A DNA stretch of 41,764 bases from an uncultured Candidatus Saccharibacteria bacterium (GCA_964499175.1 CAZCIQ010000002.1:1-41764); one strand, 5' to 3'. Shown: positions 14,306 to 23,370, counted from the first letter of the stretch. The notes: generated from the letters alone by a model not told the origin. Translations and numbers: made by a program.

Positions 14306-14456
14306 ATGTTAAGTATAATGGTCATTTATCAGAAGTCAATAGTGACTTTTGGGGATAAGTAAAAAGGTGGAAAAATAAAGTTCAAAGTGGAGATTGTTGT
14401 TGTGTATAAAATACATAAAATTTGCATTATTTAGTGAATTTATTTAAGATAAAACA

Positions 14457-14978
14457 ATGAATTTTGTTAAAAATTTTTTGAAAAATCATAGAAAAATTGT
14501 GTATCTTGTTTTGATTTTGGCGGCTTTATTTATTCTCATAACTTCTATTCTTGCCGCGAAGGTTACTTTGGAAAAAAGAAAAGAACACAGAGATTTTGAC
14601 AGACAAACACAAAAACTTCAGGCAGATTTGGAAAAGCCATATAGAGAAGATATTTATGGCGGAAAAACTCCTGAAGAAACTTGGGGTTTGTTTTTAGACG
14701 CTTTAAAAAAAGGCGATATTGATTTAGCGAGTAAGTATTTTGCGGTGGAAAAGCAGGGGGAAATGAAAAATAGATTTGAAGAATCTATAAAATTAAATAG
14801 GTTACAATCATCAATAAAAATTTTTTCAGGAGAATTTAAAAAAGAAAAAGATTATTTGCAAGGGGAAAAAGCATATTTTTTTATTCCAATAAAGAATACG
14901 AATAAAGAAATTGAAGCATATCCAGTAGTTTTTTATTTTAATCCCTATACCCAAATTTGGAAAATATTAGTTTTGTAG
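14457..14978 (+). CDS. Membrane-anchored hypothetical protein (173 aa)
   Basis: N-terminal TM helix IVYLVLILAALFILITSILA. No recognised motif. Confidence 0.55.
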   Translation: MNFVKNFLKNHRKIVYLVLILAALFILITSILAAKVTLEKRKEHRDFDRQTQKLQADLEKPYREDIYGGKTPEETWGLFLDALKKGDIDLASKYFAVEKQGEMKNRFEESIKLNRLQSSIKIFSGEFKKEKDYLQGEKAYFFIPIKNTNKEIEAYPVVFYFNPYTQIWKILVL

Positions 14979-15008
14979 ATAAAATAAATTTAAAATGCAA
15001 AAATCAAA

Positions 15009-18000
15009 ATGCAAAATAACAAATCAAAATTTAAAATTAAGTCTTTATTTTATTTCTTAGCTTCATTTTTTATTTTCTCTTTCTTATTCTTTAATTATTC
15101 TTTTTCTTATTCCCCATATTTCACTCACCCCGACTTAACCGAAGAAATGGTGAAGTTTTTTAATCTCAAATCTCAAGAATCAAATCTCAAAATTTCTAAA
15201 CAAGAAATTCTATGGTTAAGAAAAGGCGCGATAAATGAAGATACTCCTCCAAGATGGATAAATCATTTTTACGATCCGGTTCATAAAATCGGCTGGACAG
15301 GAAAACATTTTGGCTCTTTAAGCGAAGAAGATGGATATAAAAAGGGCGCGGATATGGCGCCAAAACCGGCCCTCGCTTCAATTGATTGGGCGGAAAATCA
15401 GGAATATCAGTCGGCTTATGCCGCGGAGTATGGAAATCAGACATGGCAAAAGGCTTTGGTCTCTTATGTAATAGATGACAAAGAATCGGCTTTTATCGCA
15501 TTAGGCCACATTTTGCATTTAGTTGAAGATTTGTCCGTACCCGACCACACAAGAAACGACAGCCACGCAGGCATAGCCGGCGATCCCGGTTCGCCTTATG
15601 AAGATTATTCAAAGGAATATACGAATTACAACAAATTAACTCTTGCCAAGGATTTAAAAAACCAAAATAGGAATTTCTTGGAATTTAGCAATTTAGAAGA
15701 TTATTTTGAGTATTTGGCAAATTATTCAAACAATAATTTCTTTAGCGAGGATACGATTAGCAATGAAGAGTTTAATGAACCAAAGTTAAGTGGTTTACAA
15801 ATGATTTCAAAAGAAATTGAAGGAAATATAATAAGAAGATATTTAGTTTCTAATGATTACTATTTGTCTTGGTTTAAGAAAGAAGATCCTTTTACTGGTA
15901 AAAAAATATATACCACCGACGACAAATATTTTGTTCTCCCATCCTACCGCTCCCATCTATTCCCACAAGCGGTTTTAACCGGAGCGAGCGTTATCAACCA
16001 ATTTTTTAAAGAAGCCGAGTTTTACAAACAAAATCCCAAATTACTTTCGCTTGTTGAAGGTGGTTCAGGCGAGTCTTTTTGGTTTAACTTAAAACGAGAG
16101 CCAAAATTAATGGCTGTAAATATATCAGATTATTATGATATGCATTGGACCGGAGCAAAAATCGGAACCGTTGTTCTTTCCAGTCTCGCGTGGAATAAAA
16201 CAAAACAACTGGCTTATGAAACCGAACAATTCGCTAAAGAAACATTTTTTCAGGTTAAATCGTCTGTTGAAAACGGACTGGAGCAATTAAAGCAAATAAC
16301 ATTTGAAAGTTATGAAAACATTAAATTATTTCTTAGAAACGACATAAACAACCAGCAAGCAGGATTGCCGATAGCTGGATTAAATCAAAGCATTTTAGAC
16401 AGCATTCAAAATAATAAAGCCGGCGAATCTCAAATTAATGAAACTGTTTCTCAAACTAATGAAACGAATTTAAGCCGGAATGTTTTGGAAAGCAACCTTG
16501 CAAACGCGAGAAACGGGCAAGATGCGCTTGTTCAAGATATAAAAGAAACAAATCAAAACAAGTCTTTAAGCCGCGTTTCAGCGGTAATTCCGAAAATTCA
16601 AACTGTTTCTCAAAAGAGCCAAAGTTTGGCTTTTCAAAATAAGACTTTATACATTCCGGGATTCGGGGGAGGAGAGCAAACTAATTCTCAATTTTTAATT
16701 TCTAACCCCGAAGAATCCCGCCAAGGCGGGACTTACGGGGCAGGTTTTCAAAATGAAAGCCAAAATAAAAATTCCGCAACAACAAATTCGGAAAATAATA
16801 CTCAAAACCAAAATTCCGCTTCCTCGACTAATTCAGCAAACAGCAGTCAATCGTCAAATGAAAATAATAATTCAAACTCCGCGATCTCAACAAATCAAAA
16901 CGGCGGGAACAATCAAGACCATGCTTCAACCACTGAAAACAGCTCTGGAAACAACGCGGGAAATAACGGAAACAATAATACTTCAACCACTTCTGTAAAT
17001 ATCATTTTAGACACGACTCCCCCGTCTGTGCCGCAAATTATTTCTCCCGTAAATTTAAACCAAACATTTATGACTTCTCAAATTACTTTTGAAGGGACGG
17101 CTGAAGCGAGTTCAACACTACTTGCTAAATCGGGTTTAGCAAGTGAGGCGACCACGACCGTCTCCCTTTCAGGAAATTGGTCGCTTACATTATCTTTAAA
17201 TGAAGGAACGACAACTATTGATTTTTTCGCGATTGATGAGTCGGGAAATATTTCTTCCTCAACTTCCGCAAGCGTTTTCGTTGACTCAATTAAACCGTTA
17301 GTAAGCAGTTTTCAAATCGCTGAATGCGCTGATTCTCTTTCAGCGCAAGGCGAGTCTTGTCTTACGGCGACAACAACTTTAAATTTATCTTGGACCTCGG
17401 AGAATAAAGACATTGATTATTATGAATTATCTTGGAGCAGTGATAATCCAGAAACAACAGTCTTAACTTCCACTTCAACCACTCTTGTCTTAAATGAAGG
17501 CGAGCATAATTTTTCTCTTCGCGTTCGCGATAAATCCGGAAACTGGTCCGATGCAACGACAACTCAAGCGGAAATTAGCGCTATGCCTGTCGTGATAAAT
17601 GAAATCGCATGGATGGGAACGAAGGCCAGCGACGAAGATGAATGGATAGAGCTTTATAATAGAACTTCAAAAACAATAAATTTGTCGGGCTTTAGGCTTT
17701 ACTCTTCTGGTCTTGGGCCATATATTATTTTTGGAAGCGATTCTTCAGATAAAACCACTGTTAATTCTTCTATCGCGCCTCATGGATATTATTTAATTGA
17801 ACGGACTAACGATGAAACTGTAGGCGATATATCCGCCGATTGGTATGGTTCTTTTAATAACGGACTTGAGGGAAACGGCGATTCAAATTGGGGAGAGAAT
17901 CTTTATCTCGCGTATAACAAAAATAATTCCACAACAACTTTGGATTATGTTTCGGTGTGTCAAGGAAACAGGTGGTGCGGAGGCCTTGGTTACTCTTATA

Positions 18001-19490
18001 GAACAATGGAACGGGTTGACCCCGATGTAAGAGGAGACGTTTCGGATAATTGGTTTACGAATATTTTGTATATAAAAAATGGCAGAGATAAAAATGGTAA
18101 CGCAATTCTCGGCACTCCAAAATCCAGAAACAGCGCGAACTATCTTATTTTCACTTCTAACACGATAACGATAAAAAAAGACACAAGGCTTACAAAAAAG
18201 AATAGCCCTTATTTTGTGTACGACACTATTTCGCTTCCTACAGATACAAATCTTATAATTGAGCCGGGGGTTGTTATAAAATTACTTCATCCCGCTTATT
18301 TTTTCGTTGCAGGCAATTTAGAGGCCGTTGGAAATGAAAATGATTACATCATATTTACCAGTTTTTATGATGATGAGTATGGAGGAGATTTGGACAAAGA
18401 TTTAAACAGACCATCTCCTCGCGCCGGAGATTGGAGGCAAATAGTTTTACAACCCACAAGTTCGTCAACGATAAATTACGTTCGTTTTCGTTACGGAGGT
18501 TCTGCTCCGGATATTGGAGGAACAGGGAGTATGCTTAAAATCTTGCGTTCGTCTCCAGCAATTTCAAATTCTATTTTTGAGTATTCTTTTGGTCATGGTA
18601 TCAAGACAGAAGTCTCAAAGGCCGTGATATCTAATAATCGTTTCTTAAATAATTACGTTAGAGTAGATGCCGCGGGAATTTATATTGAAAGCGGCTCGCC
18701 TATTATTTCCGGGAACGTGTTTTATAAAAATAAAATGGGAATGTATTTATTTAGAAGCGAAGCCGAAACAACGGATAATGTTTTTAATGAAAATATAAAT
18801 GAAGCGGCGGTTATTTCCGTTTATTCGGGGATAATTCCGATTATGCGCAATAATTCCGGCTCGTTAAACGGAAAAAACGGAATTACTCTAAGCAGTATTT
18901 ATTTAAAGGAAAACACGACTTCAACTCTTTATTCCAATTCTTCTTTACCGTATATGATTCAGGGCAATTTTATTATAAGCTCGTCTTCCAGTCTTATTAT
19001 TAAATCAGGAACTGTTATTAAAGTGCCCGACACTATCATCACCGTTTTAGGAAAATTAATCGCGGAAGGAGATAATTCTAATGATATTATCTTTACTTCC
19101 TTGAATGATTCGGCGGGGATAGAATGGTATGGTATTCGCGGCGCAAACGGGGCGACTATTAGTTTACAAGGCGTGACTGTAAAAAATGGGGGAAGAAATT
19201 GTTGTTTTGGCAAGCACGCCGCTCTTTATGCCGATAAAACCGAGCTTACCATAAATAACAGCGTTTTTGAAAATAATGGCGAGAGAGACGTTATAATCAA
19301 AGATTCAATTTCTTCAATTAAAAATTCCGAATTTAGAAATACCGGCCCCACTCCAAGCTCCACGGCCTTAACTTATTATAGATCGGCGATTAACTTGGAA
19401 AATGTGATTTTTCAAAACCACAACCTTGCCGTGTCTGCCGACACAGAATCTTTGCCTGGCATAATAATTCCGCCGATTGAATTTATCTGA
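15009..19490 (+). CDS. Giant secreted surface protein: Zn-dependent phospholipase C-like domain, N/S/T/Q-rich linker, Ig-like repeats, lamin-tail domain and right-handed beta-helix repeats
   Basis: Signal/anchor LFYFLASFFIFSFLFF. The PLC-type motifs HFYDP and ALGHILHLVEDLSVPDHTRND are present. A low-complexity linker runs at about nt 16700-17000. The lamin-tail motif is VVINEIAWMGTKASDEDEWIELYNRTSKTINLSGFRL. Beta-helix repeats follow (ISNNRFLNNY.., ISGNVFYKN.., NSVFENNG..). Confidence 0.85.
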   Translation: MQNNKSKFKIKSLFYFLASFFIFSFLFFNYSFSYSPYFTHPDLTEEMVKFFNLKSQESNLKISKQEILWLRKGAINEDTPPRWINHFYDPVHKIGWTGKHFGSLSEEDGYKKGADMAPKPALASIDWAENQEYQSAYAAEYGNQTWQKALVSYVIDDKESAFIALGHILHLVEDLSVPDHTRNDSHAGIAGDPGSPYEDYSKEYTNYNKLTLAKDLKNQNRNFLEFSNLEDYFEYLANYSNNNFFSEDTISNEEFNEPKLSGLQMISKEIEGNIIRRYLVSNDYYLSWFKKEDPFTGKKIYTTDDKYFVLPSYRSHLFPQAVLTGASVINQFFKEAEFYKQNPKLLSLVEGGSGESFWFNLKREPKLMAVNISDYYDMHWTGAKIGTVVLSSLAWNKTKQLAYETEQFAKETFFQVKSSVENGLEQLKQITFESYENIKLFLRNDINNQQAGLPIAGLNQSILDSIQNNKAGESQINETVSQTNETNLSRNVLESNLANARNGQDALVQDIKETNQNKSLSRVSAVIPKIQTVSQKSQSLAFQNKTLYIPGFGGGEQTNSQFLISNPEESRQGGTYGAGFQNESQNKNSATTNSENNTQNQNSASSTNSANSSQSSNENNNSNSAISTNQNGGNNQDHASTTENSSGNNAGNNGNNNTSTTSVNIILDTTPPSVPQIISPVNLNQTFMTSQITFEGTAEASSTLLAKSGLASEATTTVSLSGNWSLTLSLNEGTTTIDFFAIDESGNISSSTSASVFVDSIKPLVSSFQIAECADSLSAQGESCLTATTTLNLSWTSENKDIDYYELSWSSDNPETTVLTSTSTTLVLNEGEHNFSLRVRDKSGNWSDATTTQAEISAMPVVINEIAWMGTKASDEDEWIELYNRTSKTINLSGFRLYSSGLGPYIIFGSDSSDKTTVNSSIAPHGYYLIERTNDETVGDISADWYGSFNNGLEGNGDSNWGENLYLAYNKNNSTTTLDYVSVCQGNRWCGGLGYSYRTMERVDPDVRGDVSDNWFTNILYIKNGRDKNGNAILGTPKSRNSANYLIFTSNTITIKKDTRLTKKNSPYFVYDTISLPTDTNLIIEPGVVIKLLHPAYFFVAGNLEAVGNENDYIIFTSFYDDEYGGDLDKDLNRPSPRAGDWRQIVLQPTSSSTINYVRFRYGGSAPDIGGTGSMLKILRSSPAISNSIFEYSFGHGIKTEVSKAVISNNRFLNNYVRVDAAGIYIESGSPIISGNVFYKNKMGMYLFRSEAETTDNVFNENINEAAVISVYSGIIPIMRNNSGSLNGKNGITLSSIYLKENTTSTLYSNSSLPYMIQGNFIISSSSSLIIKSGTVIKVPDTIITVLGKLIAEGDNSNDIIFTSLNDSAGIEWYGIRGANGATISLQGVTVKNGGRNCCFGKHAALYADKTELTINNSVFENNGERDVIIKDSISSIKNSEFRNTGPTPSSTALTYYRSAINLENVIFQNHNLAVSADTESLPGIIIPPIEFI

Positions 19491-19555
19491 AATAAATCAA
19501 CAACCACGCCGGAAAATTTATTTTCTTTTTAAGAGTTTATTCGACATGCTTGTAT

Positions 19556-21064
19556 ATGAAAAAATTTAATTTTAACAAAATTCACCCCGTTATACCTGAA
19601 AATCAAAGATTTCAAACAAAAACAAAAGAAGAAAAGATTTTTAAAAGATTTAAGCGGGAAGATTGTATTTTTAAACCGGGCTATAACGGGGTTCATTTTA
19701 TAGGAATAGGAGGAATCGGCGTGTCGGCATTGGCGCGTTTATTTTTGACGAGAGGAATTAAAGTGAGCGGTTCGGATATTTCAGATTCGGAAATTATTTT
19801 TGATTTAAGAAAAATGGGAGCGAATATTTTTTTAGGCCATAAAGAAGAAAATTTGGAAGATGACACGGAATTAGTTATTTACTCCCCTGCCGTGCCTCAT
19901 AACAATCCGGAATTTCAAAAAGCGCGAAAACTTAATATTGTTTTAAAAAGTTATCCTGAAGCGCTTGGCGCGGTTATGTCTGAATTTAAAGAAACTATTG
20001 CCGTGTCGGGGACGAACGGCAAGACCACGACCACTTCTCTTTCAGGTTTGATTTTAGAAAACGCCGGTTTTGATCCGACCGTGATCGTGGGAAGCAAATT
20101 AAAAAATTGGAACGGGAATTTAAGAGTTGGCGCAAGCGATTATTTTTTAACGGAAGCTTGCGAATATAAGCGGGCAATGCTTAATTTAAACCCTAAAATA
20201 ATTGTTTTAACCAACATTGAAGAAGACCACTTGGATTATTATAAAGATTTGGACGACATTAAATCGTCTTTTTTGGAATATGTTATGAAATTGCCTTCTT
20301 ACGGAACATTGATTTTTAATCAAGATGACGAAGCGAGCCGCGAGATATCCGAATTATGCAAAATTAAAAAATTCAGTTATTCTGTTTTTGAAAATTCCGC
20401 AGCGAATTTAACGACAAAAAATATTTTACAAGAAAGCGGCAGGCAATCTTTTAATTTGGTTTTTAACGGAAAAGATTTGGGAAAATTTGAAATGTTCGTG
20501 CCGGGTTTGTTTAATATTTATAACGCTCTTGCCGCTTCTTCTCTCGCGCTCAGTTTGGGAATTGACTCCGCCAAAATTCGCGAGACTTTAAAAGATTTTC
20601 GCGGCGCGTGGAGAAGATTTGAAATTATCGGAGAAAAAAACGGCGCGATAATAATTTCGGATTACGCTCATCATCCGACCGCCGTGCGCGAAACCATAAA
20701 AGGCGCTAAAAATTTTTATCCCGATAAAAGGATTTTAGTTGTTTTCCAGCCTCATCATCAGGACAGGACCAAGAAACTTTTTAATGATTTTGTTGAAAGT
20801 TTTTACGGCGCCGATCACGTAATATTATCCGAGATTTATGAAGTCGCGGGAAGAGAAAAAAATGAAGAAAAAATAAGTTCTTTGGACTTGGCAAAAGCGA
20901 TGCAACAAAATGGTTTTCAAAATGTTTCTTTTGCTGAAAATATTTTTAAAGCGAAAGAAATTGTTGAGAAAAAATTAAGAGATTTTGACGTAGTTCTTAT
21001 AATGGGCGCCGGCGATATTTATAAAATCGCGAATGAAATTACGGCGCCAGATGAGCGCCCATAG
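19556..21064 (+). CDS. murC: UDP-N-acetylmuramate--L-alanine ligase
   Basis: HFIGIGGIGVSALARLFLTRGIKVSGSD, the P-loop VSGTNGKTTTTS and DYAHHPTA. The ATG is at 19556, and the track start at 19550 is a TTG. It has an N-terminal extension of about 45 aa. The last 10 nt overlap the tRNA-Arg 5' end. Confidence 0.9.
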   Translation: MKKFNFNKIHPVIPENQRFQTKTKEEKIFKRFKREDCIFKPGYNGVHFIGIGGIGVSALARLFLTRGIKVSGSDISDSEIIFDLRKMGANIFLGHKEENLEDDTELVIYSPAVPHNNPEFQKARKLNIVLKSYPEALGAVMSEFKETIAVSGTNGKTTTTSLSGLILENAGFDPTVIVGSKLKNWNGNLRVGASDYFLTEACEYKRAMLNLNPKIIVLTNIEEDHLDYYKDLDDIKSSFLEYVMKLPSYGTLIFNQDDEASREISELCKIKKFSYSVFENSAANLTTKNILQESGRQSFNLVFNGKDLGKFEMFVPGLFNIYNALAASSLALSLGIDSAKIRETLKDFRGAWRRFEIIGEKNGAIIISDYAHHPTAVRETIKGAKNFYPDKRILVVFQPHHQDRTKKLFNDFVESFYGADHVILSEIYEVAGREKNEEKISSLDLAKAMQQNGFQNVSFAENIFKAKEIVEKKLRDFDVVLIMGAGDIYKIANEITAPDERP

Positions 21065-21126
21065 CTTAACGGATAAAGCGCAGGCCTCCGAAGCCTGAAA
21101 TCGAGGTTCAATTCCCCGTGGGCGCA
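21055..21126 (+). tRNA. tRNA-Arg (anticodon CCG)
   Basis: Hand-folded as GCGCCCA-TA-GCTT-AACGGATA-AAGC-G-CAGGC-CTCCGAA-GCCTG-AAAT-CGAGG-TTCAATT-CCCCG-TGGGCGC-A. The T-stem has one A-C mismatch. No CCA is encoded. Confidence 0.8.
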
Positions 21127-21127
21127 T

Positions 21128-21276
21128 ACGAGTAAGACGAGTATGCGACTACAGGCAGGCAAACTGCTTTGCCTGCCGTTGGGAATTGAATGCCGGAGCG
21201 ATGCCGAGCCAGCAGGCGAGGCCGCGAGGCGGGGTCGCAAAAATTTGCGAGCGACGGTGAGTAAATTATTAGTGAC
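21128..21276. other. 149-bp GC-rich, ORF-less insert bracketed by duplicated tRNA-Arg 3' ends
   Basis: Contains a strong hairpin ggcaggcaaa-ctgc-tttgcctgcc (21153-21178), the palindrome tcgcaaaaatttgcga and CG-rich direct repeats (cgaggc cg cgaggc). Confidence 0.6.
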
Positions 21277-21295
21277 CAATTCCCCGTGGGCGCAT
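21277..21295 (+). repeat. Second copy of the tRNA-Arg 3' end (19-bp perfect direct repeat of 21109-21127)
   Basis: caattccccgtgggcgcat occurs at 21109-21127 and again at 21277-21295. Confidence 0.85.
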
Positions 21296-21306
21296 TTAAG
21301 TTATAT

Positions 21307-21330
21307 TTGTCGGTAGCGCAGCGCCGACAA
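21307..21330. terminator. Hairpin between the tRNA region and the convergent comM 3' end
   Basis: ttgtcgg-tagcgcagcg-ccgacaa. The U-tracts are weak. Confidence 0.4.
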
Positions 21331-21337
21331 TAAAGAA

Positions 21338-22888
21338 TTAAATTCTTCCGCCGATTTGTTTGGGGCGGTATTGCAGAGCTTCGGCAATGTGAGACTCTTT
21401 GATTTCTTTTTCGTTTTCTAAGTCGGCTATGGTGCGAGAAACTTTAATCACTCTGTGGTAGCTTCTTGGCGATAAATCCATATGGCTCGCGGCTTGGTTT
21501 AGCATCAGTCTTGCCTCGCGCGAAAGTGTTATGAAATTGTCCAAGTCTCTCACCGTCATTTCGCTGTTAGTCGCTATCTTTCTGCTTTTAAATCTTTCGG
21601 CTTGGATATTTCTGGCGTTTATTATTTTTTTCTGAATTGTTTTTGATTTTTCTCCTTGAGATTTTTCTCCAAGCATTTGATGGTCAATTTGCGGCACATC
21701 AAGCCAAATGTCAATTCTATCGGAAATAGGCCCGGAAATTTTTCTTTGATAACGGAAAATGTTTGACGGACTACAAAGGCACATTTTTGTTTTTGAACCT
21801 AAATTTCCGCAAGGACAGGGATTCATCGCGGCAATAAGCATTATTTTTGCCGGGAATTGAACAGTGTCTTTTACTCGCGCGACAGTTATAAATCCTTCTT
21901 CAAGCGGCTGGCGCAACGCCTCAAGCACTCTTCTTTCAAACTCCGGAAATTCGTCCAGGAATAAAACTCCTCTGTGCGCCAAAGTAATTTCTCCAGGCTT
22001 TGGCCAAGCGCCTCCGCCAATCAAGGCCGTGTGAGACGCGGTGTGATGCGGATTTCTAAAAGGACGTTCTATAGCGGTATTTAGCAAATTTCCGGCAATA
22101 CTTGAAATGGAAATTATTTCCATTGCCTCGTCAAAACTTGGCGGAGGCAGAATGCAAGAAATAGCTTTTGCTAATATTGTTTTTCCGGTTCCGGGAGGTC
22201 CTGTCATAGCGGCGTTGTGGTTTCCGGCTGCTGCTATCGTAAGCCCTCTTTTTACTATTTCCTGGCCTCTCACGTCTTCAAAATTAATTTCGGCTCCGCC
22301 GTCGGCGTGGTTTTTTTCTTTTAAAATTAGTTTATTAAGGTCTGTGGGAAGCTCTTCCGGAATTTTTATGTCATTTGCCAAATGGTCTATTATGTCGCTT
22401 AGCGATGAAACTCCGAAAACTTTTACGCCATTTATAAGAGCCGCTTCCATAGTGTTTTCTTTTGGAATAAAAATTTCTTGAAAGCCCTGCTCCTTTGCCG
22501 TTTTTGTCAAAATTAAAACGCCTTTCACGGGACGTACTGTTCCGTCAAGCGAAAGCTCTCCCAAGAATAATTTTTTTTCCGTTTCAAAAGAAATTTGTCC
22601 GGATGCCAATAAATAAGAGAGAGCGATTCCCAAATCAAAAACCGGCCCTTCTTTTTTAAGATCCGCTGGCGCGAGAGACACCACTATTCTTTGATTTTTT
22701 CTTTGAGGCGGAATAAATCCGCTGTTTTTTATCGCGGCTGACACTCTTTCTTTTGATTCATCCACAGCCTTGTCTGCTAAACCGACAATAGAAAAAAAAT
22801 GAAGAAAACCCTGCGATATGTCTATTTCAATGCTCACAATATTTCCGTTTAAACCCACGCTTTGGGCTGAATGTAATTTGACGGACAT
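21338..22888 (-). CDS. comM: YifB/ComM-family Mg-chelatase-like AAA+ ATPase
   Basis: It starts MSVKLHSAQSVGLNG..VSIEIDISQG..FSIVGLADKAVDESKERV. Walker A is GPPGTGKT and Walker B is VLFLDEFPEF. The C-terminus reads LSPRSYHRVIKVSRTIADL. I chose the ATG at 22888 rather than the track start. Confidence 0.9.
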   Translation of the reverse strand: MSVKLHSAQSVGLNGNIVSIEIDISQGFLHFFSIVGLADKAVDESKERVSAAIKNSGFIPPQRKNQRIVVSLAPADLKKEGPVFDLGIALSYLLASGQISFETEKKLFLGELSLDGTVRPVKGVLILTKTAKEQGFQEIFIPKENTMEAALINGVKVFGVSSLSDIIDHLANDIKIPEELPTDLNKLILKEKNHADGGAEINFEDVRGQEIVKRGLTIAAAGNHNAAMTGPPGTGKTILAKAISCILPPPSFDEAMEIISISSIAGNLLNTAIERPFRNPHHTASHTALIGGGAWPKPGEITLAHRGVLFLDEFPEFERRVLEALRQPLEEGFITVARVKDTVQFPAKIMLIAAMNPCPCGNLGSKTKMCLCSPSNIFRYQRKISGPISDRIDIWLDVPQIDHQMLGEKSQGEKSKTIQKKIINARNIQAERFKSRKIATNSEMTVRDLDNFITLSREARLMLNQAASHMDLSPRSYHRVIKVSRTIADLENEKEIKESHIAEALQYRPKQIGGRI

Positions 22889-22905
22889 GACGATGAATTT
22901 TGAGT

Positions 22906-23259
22906 TTATATATGATCTCTGCAAGTGCGCGATACGGGATTTGCCTGCAACCTTTCTTCGCTTATGGGTTCGCCTGTTTTTTCGCAAACTCCGTAACTGC
23001 CTTTTTCAATTCTAAAAAGAGCTTCCTTTATTTCTCCTAAATATTTTTCAAGCTCTTTTTCTATGCCTAAATTATTTTCCATTTCTTCTATAATATCCGC
23101 CGCTTCCCCTTGTTCTCCGATGGCCAAATTCGCTTCAGGCATTTTTGGCTGCCAATCATTGCTTTTGTCTGGTTTTTTGGCCAGCCTGTTTAAATGGTTT
23201 TCAACTTCGCCTTTTTCTTTTTCCAGCACATCTTTAAAATGTTTTAAATCAAGACTCAT
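22906..23259 (-). CDS. DksA/TraR-family protein with a degenerate zinc finger
   Basis: Coiled-coil N-terminus, then GSYGVCEKTGEPISEERLQANPVSRTC. Only two of the usual four Cys appear to be retained. I chose the start at MSLDLKHF. Confidence 0.6.
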   Translation of the reverse strand: MSLDLKHFKDVLEKEKGEVENHLNRLAKKPDKSNDWQPKMPEANLAIGEQGEAADIIEEMENNLGIEKELEKYLGEIKEALFRIEKGSYGVCEKTGEPISEERLQANPVSRTCRDHI

Positions 23260-23295
23260 ATTTTTTAGTATAGCAGAAACATTAAATAAGTAAAT

Positions 23296-23321
23296 CCCCA
23301 CACCAATGTATTGATGTGGGG
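23296..23321 (-). terminator. Hairpin after the SIMPL-domain gene
   Basis: ccccaca..tgtgggg arms. The minus strand continues with a T-rich stretch. Confidence 0.45.
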
Positions 23322-23370
23322 GATAAACCCTGACTTCGGGTCTACATTAATGATTTTCAAGACAAGATAC

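Noticed and set aside
16700-17000. N/S/Q/T-rich low-complexity stretch as a possible separate element
   Set aside because: It is in frame within the 1493-aa ORF and behaves as an interdomain linker. The nucleotide sequence has no repeat-unit structure beyond its compositional bias.
21019-21279. 86-aa minus-strand ORF
   Set aside because: It is the antisense translation of tRNA-Arg and the GC-rich insert. The open frame comes from the locally high GC content, and there is no SD or motif.
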